Source of the DNA: Ignavibacteriota bacterium
GTDB lineage: Bacteria; Bacteroidota; Ignavibacteria; UBA10030; SZUA-254
NCBI GenBank assembly: GCA_025358305.1
Contig: JANYJZ010000030.1
Coordinates: 96,382-160,381, forward strand
Direction of reading: 5' to 3'
DNA length: 64,000 nt
Shown here: piece by piece, positions 41,253-50,877 of the stretch
Layout of the letters: each line of letters starts with the position of its first letter
Position numbering within the stretch: position 1 is the first letter of the stretch
Program-made: the position numbers and the translations under genes
The notes under the pieces: generated by a model
What the model saw: the letters and a program-made list of their open reading frames with translations, nothing else
What the model was told of the DNA's origin: nothing
The model's database searches: none

Positions 41253-41338
41253 GATCGCTTTTCCTGTATGAAACATGTGGTGAGAATATTTAAAGGTACC
41301 GGAAATTTTCCTCAATGGCAACGTCTAGTGGGCAACGT

Positions 41339-43237
41339 CTATGCCTTCCCTGTGCGCACGCCCTCCAGCGCGTGCCAGCGGGCGTAGAGTCCCTCCACGG
41401 AGCCCTTCGCCGCATCGAGTTCGGCAGTGAGTTTCGCGGTCTGGCCCCCATATACGTCGAAAAAATCGGGGCGCGCGAAGACCGCCTCGATGCGGATGAC
41501 CTCTTCCTCGGCGCGCATGATGTCGGCCTCGATGGTCTCGAGCTCCTTTGCCTCCTTCCAGCTGAGCTTCTTCTTCGGCCTGGCACCCGGGGCGTCGGGC
41601 GTCGCGTCGCGCGGGGCCGAAGCGGCGGCCTGCGCCGCCGCTTCGGCCCGGCGTGCGATCCGCTTTTCGAGATAGTAGTCGTAGTTCCCTTCGCTGAAGT
41701 GCACCACCCCGTCCCCCTCGAACGCGAGGATCCCGTTGCAGACCCGGTTGAGAAAGTAGCGGTCGTGGCTCACGGCGATGAGGCAGCCGTCGAACGCGAT
41801 GAGTGTCTCTTCGAGAACCCGCATCGTCGCGAGATCGAGGTCGTTCGTCGGTTCGTCGAGGATGAGCATGTTGCCCCCGTTCTTCAGGATCTTCGCGAGG
41901 AGGAGCCTGCTTCGCTCGCCGCCGGAGAGCTTCCCCACCTGCGTGTTCATCCGGTCATCGGCGAACAGGTATCGCCGGAGATATTTCCATATCGTCATCT
42001 TCTCCTCCCCGAACATGATCCACTCCCGTCCTTCGCCGATCTCCTGGATGACGGTGTTCCCGTCGTCGAGGGCGATGCGCGACTGGTCGATGTAGTTCAC
42101 GGCCGTGAGGTCCCCCTTTTCCACGAGCCCGTCGCTCTGCTCAAGTTCCCCGAGGATGATCCGGAGCAGCGAGGTCTTGCCGAGTCCGTTGCGGCCGATG
42201 ATGCCGAGCTTTCTCCCCTTCGTGAAGAGGAAGCTGAGGTCTTCGATGAGTCGCTTGCCGCCGAGGGTCAGACCGAGGTGCTTGAAGTTGAGGATCTTCG
42301 AGCCGAGCTGGGATGCGGGCGGGATGAGGAAATCCACCTCTTCGTCGGCGCGGTAGCCGGCCTTGTCGGCGAGCTCGAAATAGCGGCTCATCCTGCTCTT
42401 GGACTTCGTTCTCCGGGCCTCCGGGCTCCGGCGCACCCATTCGAGTTCGCGGCGGAGGAAGCGGTTCCGCTTGTGCTCCTCCGTCTCCCGCTCCACCTCA
42501 CGCTCGGCCTTGTCGAGGAGAAAATCGGTGTAGGAGCCCGCATGGGAATAGCACTGGCCGTCCGCGAGCTCGATGATCCGGTTCGCGAGCGCGTCGAGGA
42601 AGTAGCGGTCGTGCGTGACGAAGAGGCACGCGCCGGAGTAGCCCGCGAGGAACTGTTCCATCCATTCGATCGATTCGGTGTCGAGGTGGTTGGTCGGTTC
42701 ATCGAGGATGAGAAGGTCGGGCCGGGAGATGATCGATCGGCAGAGCGCGACCCGGCGCTGCTCGCCGCCGGAGAGCGTGCGGATGTCGCGGCTCCCATCG
42801 GGCACGTTGAGGGAATGCATCGCTGATTCGATCCTGTTGTCGAGGTTCCAACCTTCGCGCTGACGGATCTGTTCCTCTAACAGGTGCCTGCGCTCTGAGG
42901 TGTACGGAAGGGATTCGTACTCCTTCAGAAGGTCGGCGACGTCATGGGCCCCTTCGGCGATGTTCTCGTAGACCGTCAGCGCTGGATCGAGAAGGAATGC
43001 CTGGGGAAGGTACCCGGTGACGAGGTCACGCTTCCGGGAGACGGAGCCGCCGTCGGGTTCGAGGATGCCCGCGACGATCTGGATGAGCGTCGATTTGCCC
43101 GACCCGTTGTTGCCGATGAGGCCGATCCGGTCTGCCTGGTGGATGCTGACCGTCGCTTCCCTGAGAACGATCTGCTCGCCGAAGCGGATGGAGACATCCT
43201 GCGCCGCAATGAGGACGGGACTGATGGCTTTTGACAT
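41339..43237 (-). CDS. ABC-F family ATPase (Uup/EttA/YbiT-like; two NBDs, no transmembrane domain)
   Basis: Start at MSKAISPVL (43237). Two Walker A motifs (GNNGSGKST, GRNGLGKTS) and two LSGGE signatures. An inter-domain linker and a C-terminal coiled coil. The upstream extension of the ORF in the track is Arg/Ser junk. Confidence 0.85.
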   Translation of the reverse strand: MSKAISPVLIAAQDVSIRFGEQIVLREATVSIHQADRIGLIGNNGSGKSTLIQIVAGILEPDGGSVSRKRDLVTGYLPQAFLLDPALTVYENIAEGAHDVADLLKEYESLPYTSERRHLLEEQIRQREGWNLDNRIESAMHSLNVPDGSRDIRTLSGGEQRRVALCRSIISRPDLLILDEPTNHLDTESIEWMEQFLAGYSGACLFVTHDRYFLDALANRIIELADGQCYSHAGSYTDFLLDKAEREVERETEEHKRNRFLRRELEWVRRSPEARRTKSKSRMSRYFELADKAGYRADEEVDFLIPPASQLGSKILNFKHLGLTLGGKRLIEDLSFLFTKGRKLGIIGRNGLGKTSLLRIILGELEQSDGLVEKGDLTAVNYIDQSRIALDDGNTVIQEIGEGREWIMFGEEKMTIWKYLRRYLFADDRMNTQVGKLSGGERSRLLLAKILKNGGNMLILDEPTNDLDLATMRVLEETLIAFDGCLIAVSHDRYFLNRVCNGILAFEGDGVVHFSEGNYDYYLEKRIARRAEAAAQAAASAPRDATPDAPGARPKKKLSWKEAKELETIEADIMRAEEEVIRIEAVFARPDFFDVYGGQTAKLTAELDAAKGSVEGLYARWHALEGVRTGKA

Positions 43238-43328
43238 TCGTGTGTGCTCTTTGCGTGAGGGTAACAGCGTGAGGACTTGCTCAAACATAGGGAGAAAATC
43301 CGCTCCAAACAAATGAAGCCGGGGCGCA

Positions 43329-45194
43329 TCACCGCAGGAGGAGCATCTTCCCCGTCCTGTGCACCGTTCCGGCTTCGAGCCGGCAGTAGTAGACGCCGGA
43401 GGATCGGTCGTCGGCATGCCATGGGATCCGGTACTCGCCCGGCTGCAGGCGCTCCTCCACGAGCGTCGCGACGCGCCTGCCGAGGAGGTCGTAGACCTGG
43501 AGCCGCACGGACGCCGGGGCGGCGAGCGTGAAAGAGATGACGGTCGTGCTGTTGAAGGGGTTCGGGTAGTTCTGCCGCAGCTGGAACTCCGCCGGCACTC
43601 CCGCACCGGCGTAGGTGACGCCCGTCGGCGAACCGATGAGCGGAAGCTCGATGTACGACGCGCGGTCCGCATCCATGCGGACGGAGACCCCCGTGTTGGC
43701 GAACATTGGTACGACGAATGGGTAGGATCCGAGGTCGATGCGGTTCGTGACGTCGATGTTCGTGAGCTCGACCCGGATCCGGCTGCCGGCCGTGAACCTA
43801 TGCGCGTGGGGGATCCCCTCCGCGAGCACCGAATCGGGGGCGCCGGGGAGCCAGTGTCGTCCCGTGTAATTGATTCTGTTCAAGAAGTACTTGACGCCGA
43901 GCGAATCCACTTCGTAGATCTGCGCGTGGATCGGGAACTTGTCGGTCAAGGGCCGAAGGTAGAGCTTCATCCGCGGCGTCCCGATCCAGGTAAGGTCCGT
44001 AGGAAGGGGCGGTGACTGGAAGACGAGCGAACGGTGCGGGAGCCTTGAATCGAAGAACGAACCGCGGAACCCCTCGATGAAACCGGAATCGAACGTATAG
44101 GTGGAGTCGGTGTAGAGGTTCTCCAGATAGAGCGAGTCGAGGCTCACCGCGGGCGGAGAATATCCGAGCGTGGAATCTGCCCCAAGATAGAATCGGAAGG
44201 GCGCAACACCGACTGGCGGCCAGGAGTTCACTCCGGAGCGCGTCCAGGTGAAATACCCGAGCGAATCCATGGGAAGGCTGCTCGCGGCATACGTGTAGAG
44301 GGGCTCGTCGGTGATCCCATTGTCGGCCCCCTGGAGAAAATGCCCGAGCCATCGCGTCACCTGGTCGTATTGATAGACGCGCTCGGATTCCACGTGGTCC
44401 GAAAAATGGCCGCGGGTTCCGACGTAGACCTTCTTCGGTCCCGCGTACCGGTTGAAGGCTTCGATGCCGTCGTTCGCGGCAAAATAATGGTCCTGCCACT
44501 TGAGGAACCGGAGCGTCGGGACCGATGCGCTGTTGAGGAGCGCGGTATCGACATCCCGGTACGCCGTGAACGTCGACCGAAACGCGTCGTACGCGTCGTC
44601 CCGCAGGAGACTCCAAAGCGTGTCGCGCACCGGGGCATAATGCACGGTAGCAGACTGAAGGAGGAGAAGCACCGTCCGGCGGACCGAGCCGTTCATGAGC
44701 ATGTCGCTCGCCCAGTGCGGGACGATGACGTCCGATGATACCGCCTGGACCGGCAGCCTGTCCGCCGCGGCCCAGAGCCCGTGCAGCCCTCCCTGCGAAC
44801 CGCCGACGATCCCCACCCGCGCGGTGTCGACGCCGGGAAGGCCGCGGAGGAATGCAAGCACCTCGACGAGGTCGGCACGTTCCTGGAGCGACATGATCGT
44901 CGAGTTCCCTGAGGAATTGCCGTGGCCGCGCACCGAATAGCACAGGGTGAGATAACCCAGGCCGGCGTAGATGCTGCCGTTGGCCGTATCCGCATCCTTG
45001 TCGAGCCCGTACCCGTGAACAAAGAGGATTGCCGGAGCGCCGGACGGAGGAAGGATCGCCGGCGTGTAATACGTCGCGTCGAGGCTGTCCCCCGTGGCAA
45101 GCGGAATGAAGAGGTCGTGACGCACCTGCGCCGACAGGGTCGCTGCAAGAAGGAACGCCGCGAGGATGCCGGACAAGCGGATGAAGACGGTCAC
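43329..45194 (-). CDS. S15/CocE-NonD family alpha/beta hydrolase (X-Pro dipeptidyl-peptidase-like) with a C-terminal T9SS sorting domain
   Basis: Signal peptide. The nucleophile-elbow motif is GGSQGG. The C-terminal 80 aa match Por_Secre_tail (NYPNPFNSTTVISF...VYDLLGRRVATLV...SGVYYCRLEAG...KMLLLR). Confidence 0.7.
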   Translation of the reverse strand: MTVFIRLSGILAAFLLAATLSAQVRHDLFIPLATGDSLDATYYTPAILPPSGAPAILFVHGYGLDKDADTANGSIYAGLGYLTLCYSVRGHGNSSGNSTIMSLQERADLVEVLAFLRGLPGVDTARVGIVGGSQGGLHGLWAAADRLPVQAVSSDVIVPHWASDMLMNGSVRRTVLLLLQSATVHYAPVRDTLWSLLRDDAYDAFRSTFTAYRDVDTALLNSASVPTLRFLKWQDHYFAANDGIEAFNRYAGPKKVYVGTRGHFSDHVESERVYQYDQVTRWLGHFLQGADNGITDEPLYTYAASSLPMDSLGYFTWTRSGVNSWPPVGVAPFRFYLGADSTLGYSPPAVSLDSLYLENLYTDSTYTFDSGFIEGFRGSFFDSRLPHRSLVFQSPPLPTDLTWIGTPRMKLYLRPLTDKFPIHAQIYEVDSLGVKYFLNRINYTGRHWLPGAPDSVLAEGIPHAHRFTAGSRIRVELTNIDVTNRIDLGSYPFVVPMFANTGVSVRMDADRASYIELPLIGSPTGVTYAGAGVPAEFQLRQNYPNPFNSTTVISFTLAAPASVRLQVYDLLGRRVATLVEERLQPGEYRIPWHADDRSSGVYYCRLEAGTVHRTGKMLLLR

Positions 45195-47980
45195 CGTAGG
45201 AGCAGGAGCTTCTTTGTTTCCACGAACGCGCCGGAGTGCAGACGGTAGAAATACACGCCCGTTGGAAGGGTCCCGGCGTTCCAGTTCACGCGGTACCGAC
45301 CCGGCGGCATCGGCTCATTGACGAGCACAGCCACCTCGCGTCCCAGGATATCGTAGACGGTGAGCCGTACCGCTCCACCCTCGACGATCGAGAACTCGAT
45401 CCGTGTCTCGGGATTGAAGGGGTTCGGGTAATTCTGCGAGAGCTGATACGTAATCGGAAGATCCTGGACCGGCGGCGCCACCCCCGTCACCGTGCCTGAT
45501 GCCGTCGTCGTCAGGACCGACCCTCCGCTCCCGACCGCGAACCCGTGCGTACTGTCCGTGAAGGTGAGCCCGAAGAGATCGTGCGTATCGGCGCCGTATT
45601 GGGAGTACCAGTGAGTCCCCGCATCAGTGGAGTACCAGATCGCACCGCCGTCGCCGGCCCCATAGATGTGAGACCCGTCGCGTGCGAAGAGCCGGCGGAT
45701 CGTCGCACTCCCCGGTGTGGCGACCGATTGCCAAGGCGAGGCGGTGGAGGCGCGATAAAAGACCTTCCCGCTGTCACCGGCCGCCCAGAGCGCGGAGGAA
45801 TCACTGGGAGCAACTGCGTTGATCGATCCGGTGAGCTCCACGCCCGTTGTGCTCCAACTCAGCCCGCCGTCCGGCGACGAATAGATCGACAATCCACGTG
45901 AAGAGCCCACGCTCAGGATATCATAGCCGCGCGCGGTGAGGCATTGGAACGATTGCGTAGAATCGGCCACGATCGTCGACCAAGTGCCGCCGCCGTCGGT
46001 TGTGCGGAGGATATCGCCGTCGCCGGCAAGATAGCCGACAACAGGACCCACAAAGGCGATCGCGCGAAACGTCGACGTCACACCCAGATCATGGCGAGTC
46101 CACGTCTCGCCGCTATCGGCGCTCTCATACACCGCGCCCGATTGCCCGACCGCCCAGAGCGACGCAGGGGAGAGGTGAAAGAGGCTCGTAAAGATTACAT
46201 TAAAGCCGACGGCCTTCTCCGCCCATGTGGTGCCGCCATCGGTCGTTTTCAGGATCGATCCGTGATCCCCGAGGATCCAGCCGTTCTGCGTTCCCGAGAA
46301 CGTAACGTCATACCATCGCTGCCAGTTGTTCAGGGGCATGCGGAACCACTTCTGCGTGTAGGTCGGCGAGAGTGCGAGCCCGAAATGCTTGCCCGCGCCG
46401 CATTCCTGCTCGGTGACGGAATCGATCGTCGCGATGTTCGCGATGGGGTTGATCACCGACGGCAGCGCCCGGCGCTCCGCGCCGTCGAAGACGAAGCTTC
46501 GCAAGAGCCGTTCATCCTGGACGCCGGTGCCGACCTCGGTCACGTTCGTCGAGACGTCCACATAGGACCACTGGAGGCGCGCGGTGAACGCCGCAGTCGA
46601 GGGGAATGGCACGACCTCCAGCCACCGCCGGATGTATTTTCCGTCCGCCGCGGCGAGCGACGGGGGCATGGAATCGGGGTGCGCCACGACGAGGACGCTG
46701 TCGAGGCCGAACATGCTCGTGAACCAGAGCGTTGCCAGCTGTCGGCCGTCATACGCCACAAAATGATACGGCACGCCGGTCTGCGTGACGGGAAGGGTCA
46801 CGCTGTTGTACTCTCCTGACGGGGGATGGATGAACGTCTTGAGAAGATAGTTTCTCCGCGCGGTGATGAAATACTTCAGGGCGTCGACATGATCATGAAA
46901 GTCCTGGGCCGTCCCCCATTTCCCGGGGTCGTTCTCCGCCGCGGCGGAGACATAGGCCGCGAGGCTGTCGATCCGCGGCAGCATCCTTGCTTCCGTGAAG
47001 ACCGTCTGCAGCACGGTGTCGACCCGGAGCCGGAGCTCCTCCATAAGGCCGGGCGCCGCCATGAACCGGTCCTTGAGTACGCTCGAAGGTCCAGAGAGCA
47101 CCGGGTACGTGTACGCGAATCGGTCGTTGAGAAGGGATGCCGGATACGGGATCGCGAGATCTCCCGACCGTCCGAACGAGATATCGTAATCCCACGGGAT
47201 GACGGTCCACTGCTGCGTGGCGCGCGAGGTGTCGCGGTAGATCGCATAGTTCTTGCTGTAGCTGTCTCCCATCATCATCACGATGTTCCCCGTGAACCAG
47301 TTGAGGATGCTCGGCATGTCGAAATACCGGTCGAGCGTGTCGGCGAACGAGGCGTCAGGAGCAGTGTTGATGGCATGGAGAAGGACACTCAGATCGGAGT
47401 AGTCGGTGCTGCTGCCGACATCTTTCGCATAGTAGAGCTTCAGGATGCTGTCCGGCTGCTCCGTCATGTCCGCATTGTCATAGGTGTCGTCCGCCTCGTA
47501 CACCGGCGCGACGATACGGCCCCGGCGCTGGAAGAAATATTTGTCAAACTTGTCGATGGCGAGGTAGAGCCCGTCGGGCTGGCCGTTCAGGGAGAAAAGC
47601 GCGTGCTCGGCGATCGGAGCCATGTCGTTCATGTCGGCGAAGAGCCCCCATGCGAGGCGTTCGCGAAGGAACGACTTGTCGGTGTACATGGAGTTGAAAT
47701 TAAGGTCCCGCTGGGCATGGTAGAGGTGAGCCGTGGGGACACGCACGCGGAACGATTTCTTCGAATAGTACCGCGTGGAATGGCCCTTGAACCTCACGAG
47801 GGAATTGTTCCAGAGGGAATCGTGCACCGTGAGCGATGCCGGCAGCAGGGAGTCGCTGAAGATGTCCCGAGTGTAGAGAAGCTGGTAGTCGGCCGGGGTC
47901 ATCGTGACCGAATACCGGGTGAGCTGTGCGTGTGCCGGGAGTGAAAGCAACAACAGCACGAACACGAACATGGTCTTCAT
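45191..47980 (-). CDS. CotH kinase-like domain protein fused to BNR/Ycf48-like repeats, with a C-terminal T9SS sorting domain
   Basis: Signal peptide. CotH-family motifs in the N-terminal roughly 450 aa (SKKSFRVRV, LNFNSMYTDKSFLRERLAWGLF). At least six BNR/Asp-box-like repeats (TTDGGTTW, SADSGETW, TTDGGGTW, SPDGGLSW, STDAGTHW). Por_Secre_tail at the C-terminus (NYPNPFNPETRIEF...VYDILGREVAVLV...GVYFYRLHSGAF...KKLLLLR). Confidence 0.6.
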   Translation of the reverse strand: MKTMFVFVLLLLSLPAHAQLTRYSVTMTPADYQLLYTRDIFSDSLLPASLTVHDSLWNNSLVRFKGHSTRYYSKKSFRVRVPTAHLYHAQRDLNFNSMYTDKSFLRERLAWGLFADMNDMAPIAEHALFSLNGQPDGLYLAIDKFDKYFFQRRGRIVAPVYEADDTYDNADMTEQPDSILKLYYAKDVGSSTDYSDLSVLLHAINTAPDASFADTLDRYFDMPSILNWFTGNIVMMMGDSYSKNYAIYRDTSRATQQWTVIPWDYDISFGRSGDLAIPYPASLLNDRFAYTYPVLSGPSSVLKDRFMAAPGLMEELRLRVDTVLQTVFTEARMLPRIDSLAAYVSAAAENDPGKWGTAQDFHDHVDALKYFITARRNYLLKTFIHPPSGEYNSVTLPVTQTGVPYHFVAYDGRQLATLWFTSMFGLDSVLVVAHPDSMPPSLAAADGKYIRRWLEVVPFPSTAAFTARLQWSYVDVSTNVTEVGTGVQDERLLRSFVFDGAERRALPSVINPIANIATIDSVTEQECGAGKHFGLALSPTYTQKWFRMPLNNWQRWYDVTFSGTQNGWILGDHGSILKTTDGGTTWAEKAVGFNVIFTSLFHLSPASLWAVGQSGAVYESADSGETWTRHDLGVTSTFRAIAFVGPVVGYLAGDGDILRTTDGGGTWSTIVADSTQSFQCLTARGYDILSVGSSRGLSIYSSPDGGLSWSTTGVELTGSINAVAPSDSSALWAAGDSGKVFYRASTASPWQSVATPGSATIRRLFARDGSHIYGAGDGGAIWYSTDAGTHWYSQYGADTHDLFGLTFTDSTHGFAVGSGGSVLTTTASGTVTGVAPPVQDLPITYQLSQNYPNPFNPETRIEFSIVEGGAVRLTVYDILGREVAVLVNEPMPPGRYRVNWNAGTLPTGVYFYRLHSGAFVETKKLLLLR

Positions 47981-48130
47981 ACCAACAATCCTCGTTTAAT
48001 AGCAGATCGGTCAGCGCCAAACGTTCGAATCGGTCGATCCCGACCGATCCCACGTTGCACGTCAACACACAATCTACGATATCCCACGAAATTGTGGTGT
48101 GACCGGCATCAGGACACCCGAAAAGGGGCG

Positions 48131-49060
48131 TTATTTCTTCACTGCGCTGTTTTCCACGGGAAAGAGGCTCTTGCCATCGCGTTTCGGGAACGGGAAGCCG
48201 AAGATACCTGCGATCGTCGGAGCGATGTCGATCTGCATATGGCGTTCCGCCACGACCGCCCCTTGGACGAACCCGGGACCCATGCCGAGGAGCATGATGT
48301 GGCGGCACCCCTCGCACGAGTCTCCGTGGTTCTGAAATCCGCCATGGGCCTCATCGTGCCGTCCATGATCGTTCGTCACGAACATCGTCGTTCGCTCGCG
48401 GTAGACGCTGTCCGATTCGATCTTGTTCCAGAGTCGGTAGACGAGCGAATCCGCCCCCCGGATCGCGCTGAGATATGCGTCCCAGTTCTTCGCGTGGCCG
48501 TTCACGTCCACGTCGGGAAAATTGATGATGAGAAGGCGCGGGTGCTCCGTATCCATGACCTTCACGATCTGCCTCCAGGTGGCCGTGTCGCTCGTGGTCG
48601 CCCCTGCGACGAACCGCGCGCCGTAGGCCGATCCGAACGCCGTGTCGACGCTGTGCGTCAGCATCTCGAGCTTCGTCTTCCCGGAGATCACGAAGCACGT
48701 ACTTTCCGGCTGTCCCGTGTATTTCCGGTAGAATTCAAATACCGTCGGGGTCGCGGGGCGGACGCTGCCGTCGTTCGGCATGTCCTGCCAGACGCCTGTC
48801 AGGACGGCGCTGTGTCCGGCGCAGGTCTTCGTGATCCCATCGTTGCGGAAGTTCGTGTAGACCGTCCCTTTCGGCCGGAGGTCGTTCCAGATCCGGGGCA
48901 TGTTCGTCGCGCCCGCACCGAAGGATTCATCGTACCGGGCGCCGTCGATCATGACGATCACGACGTTTTGTGCGAGCCCTGCGGTGGTGACAAGCACAGA
49001 AAAGATCGCGAGGAAAACAAGCGCGCGCGCGACGACGGGTCGGATACGTTTCATGTGCAT
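48131..49060 (-). CDS. Alkaline-phosphatase-superfamily metalloenzyme (phosphodiesterase/sulfatase-like), secreted
   Basis: Signal peptide. VVIVMIDGARYDE is a metal-binding Asp motif, and TNDHGRHDEAHGGFQNHG sits in the second metal site region. The start is set to M34. Confidence 0.55.
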   Translation of the reverse strand: MHMKRIRPVVARALVFLAIFSVLVTTAGLAQNVVIVMIDGARYDESFGAGATNMPRIWNDLRPKGTVYTNFRNDGITKTCAGHSAVLTGVWQDMPNDGSVRPATPTVFEFYRKYTGQPESTCFVISGKTKLEMLTHSVDTAFGSAYGARFVAGATTSDTATWRQIVKVMDTEHPRLLIINFPDVDVNGHAKNWDAYLSAIRGADSLVYRLWNKIESDSVYRERTTMFVTNDHGRHDEAHGGFQNHGDSCEGCRHIMLLGMGPGFVQGAVVAERHMQIDIAPTIAGIFGFPFPKRDGKSLFPVENSAVKK

Positions 49061-49085
49061 CGGAGATGTCCTTTTTGTAGTTATG

Positions 49086-50861
49086 TTATTTCCAGGCCGA
49101 CCGCAGCCAGTCCTGGTAGATGGTCTTCTGGATCTCACTCGGTGATGTACTTCGGACAACGGTACATGCGGGTACCGGCTGGTGGGCCACCGCGACGGTG
49201 AATTCCTGCAAACGGTCGTTCCGGAAGACCGTCAGGATCACCTTCCCGCCGGGCTTGAGTTCCCCGGTCCTGTCGGTGATATCAGCGCTCCTCACCCGAA
49301 AACCGTTGAGTGCCACGACCTCGTCGCCGAGATCGAGTCCCGCCTCATACGCGGGCGAACCGGCAACGACCCTCGTGACCTTCGTCCGGCCGTCCGCATC
49401 GGAGGTCATGAGACCGATCCACGATTTGGCGACGGAGTCGCGCTGCATCACCTTGAGGCCGGCATACGCGAGGACAGACTCCCACGGAAGCGCCTGCGTG
49501 CCGTCGACAAAATCCGAAAAATACTTGCCGAAGTCCTCCCCCGTGACGTCACGGAGCGTGCGGAGAACATCTGATTCGGTATATCCGACACCCAGGGGAA
49601 ACTGTTTGTAGAGGGTCCGGAGGACGTCGTCGAGCGAATGCGCGTTCGCGGTCCTGTGGCGGATCTCGAGATCGAGGAGCATCGAGACGGTCGACCCTTT
49701 GTCGTAGAAATCAGATTCTGTGTTGAACGCCTGCTGCGTCCCGCGGTTGAACTTGATCCACGCATCAAAGCTCGATCCCGACAGCGGCTGCACCGCGTTC
49801 CCCGGCCGCAGTCGGTCCGCCTGCAGCTCATTCTGGAGCATCTCGAGGAACACCTCCGGCGTCCGGAGTCCGGCGCGGACGAGGATGAGTTCGCCGTAAT
49901 ACGACGTCGTCCCCTCGGCGATCCAAAGTTCGGTCGTATAATTCTCTTTCGTATAATCATACGGCGTCATGCCGCGTGGACGGAGCCGCTTGACGTTCCA
50001 GGTGTGGAAATACTCGTGTGACACCACCGAGAGAAATCCCCGGTACGAATCAGCGTTCTTGAAGACGAAGGGCCGAGTGCCGATGACGGCTGAATTCAGG
50101 TGTTCCGTTGCGCCCCCCGAACTCGGCGTACAGTGGATGAGGAAGACGTACCGTCGATACGGCATGTCGCCCCACTGCGACACCGTCGTCCGGATGATCT
50201 TCGTCATGTCCCGGACCAGTGTATCCGCGTCCCAATTGCCCTCGCCGAAGATGCTCAGGACGTGCGGAATTCCGTCGACGTCGAACGAGAAATCCTTCTG
50301 CGTGCCGATCTCCAGGGGGCAGTCGACGAACGTATCGTACCCCGGCGCCGTGAAGGTCGTGCCGATCCCCTCGAGCCCGGTCGTGACGTGCCAGCCCGCA
50401 TAGGGCTTCACCTCGAGGGTGACCGGTAGGGAGCGGTACCGTTCCGCGTAGAGGAACAGGGCGGCCCCGTCGACGAATGCGTGCGCGTCGTTCAATCCGC
50501 GCGTCCGCAGGTTGAACTCGTTTGCGAACACGGTGTAGCGGACCTTCACCTCTTGCGCCGCGCCGCGCGCGACACGCCAGAGCGATTTCTCCACTTTCTT
50601 CCAGGGAAGCGCGTTCCCCTTTCCGTCGACGGCGGAAAAGTCCACCACTCCCCCGGCGAGATCGAGAACGACGTAGCGCCCGGGGCGCCAGGCCGGCAGA
50701 ATGAGATCGAGATCGGCCGGTTCCGCCGGAAGCCGGTCATAGGTCAGCTCGACCTCAAAGAGGTGCGTGGCAGGCTTGGACATGCCGAGCGTATAGCGGA
50801 TGGTCGGTTGTTGCGCGAGGGTCATTGTCGTGGCCGTAAGTAGAATCAGGAGTAGGTTCAT
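49086..50861 (-). CDS. M61 family glycyl aminopeptidase with a C-terminal PDZ domain
   Basis: Signal peptide. The zinc motif HEYFHTWN (HExxH) appears in an M61 context, followed by a PDZ-like segment (GLDLGDEVVALNGFRV). Confidence 0.75.
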   Translation of the reverse strand: MNLLLILLTATTMTLAQQPTIRYTLGMSKPATHLFEVELTYDRLPAEPADLDLILPAWRPGRYVVLDLAGGVVDFSAVDGKGNALPWKKVEKSLWRVARGAAQEVKVRYTVFANEFNLRTRGLNDAHAFVDGAALFLYAERYRSLPVTLEVKPYAGWHVTTGLEGIGTTFTAPGYDTFVDCPLEIGTQKDFSFDVDGIPHVLSIFGEGNWDADTLVRDMTKIIRTTVSQWGDMPYRRYVFLIHCTPSSGGATEHLNSAVIGTRPFVFKNADSYRGFLSVVSHEYFHTWNVKRLRPRGMTPYDYTKENYTTELWIAEGTTSYYGELILVRAGLRTPEVFLEMLQNELQADRLRPGNAVQPLSGSSFDAWIKFNRGTQQAFNTESDFYDKGSTVSMLLDLEIRHRTANAHSLDDVLRTLYKQFPLGVGYTESDVLRTLRDVTGEDFGKYFSDFVDGTQALPWESVLAYAGLKVMQRDSVAKSWIGLMTSDADGRTKVTRVVAGSPAYEAGLDLGDEVVALNGFRVRSADITDRTGELKPGGKVILTVFRNDRLQEFTVAVAHQPVPACTVVRSTSPSEIQKTIYQDWLRSAWK

Positions 50862-50877
50862 GGCTGTCGCACGGATT

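Noticed and set aside
41315-42826. 503-aa plus-strand ORF antisense to the ABC-F gene
   Set aside because: Low-complexity translation. The minus strand encodes duplicated Walker A and LSGGE motifs.
43237-43672. N-terminal 145-aa extension of the ABC-F ORF in the track
   Set aside because: Arg/Ser/Thr/Pro-rich with no homology. The canonical ABC-F N-terminus (MSKAISPVLIAAQDVSIRFG) begins at 43237.
47981-48130. Small palindrome atcggtcg-atcc-cgaccgat in the AP-family/CotH intergenic region
   Set aside because: Short (8 bp) with no T-tract. It is probably incidental or a minor terminator, and not worth a separate feature.
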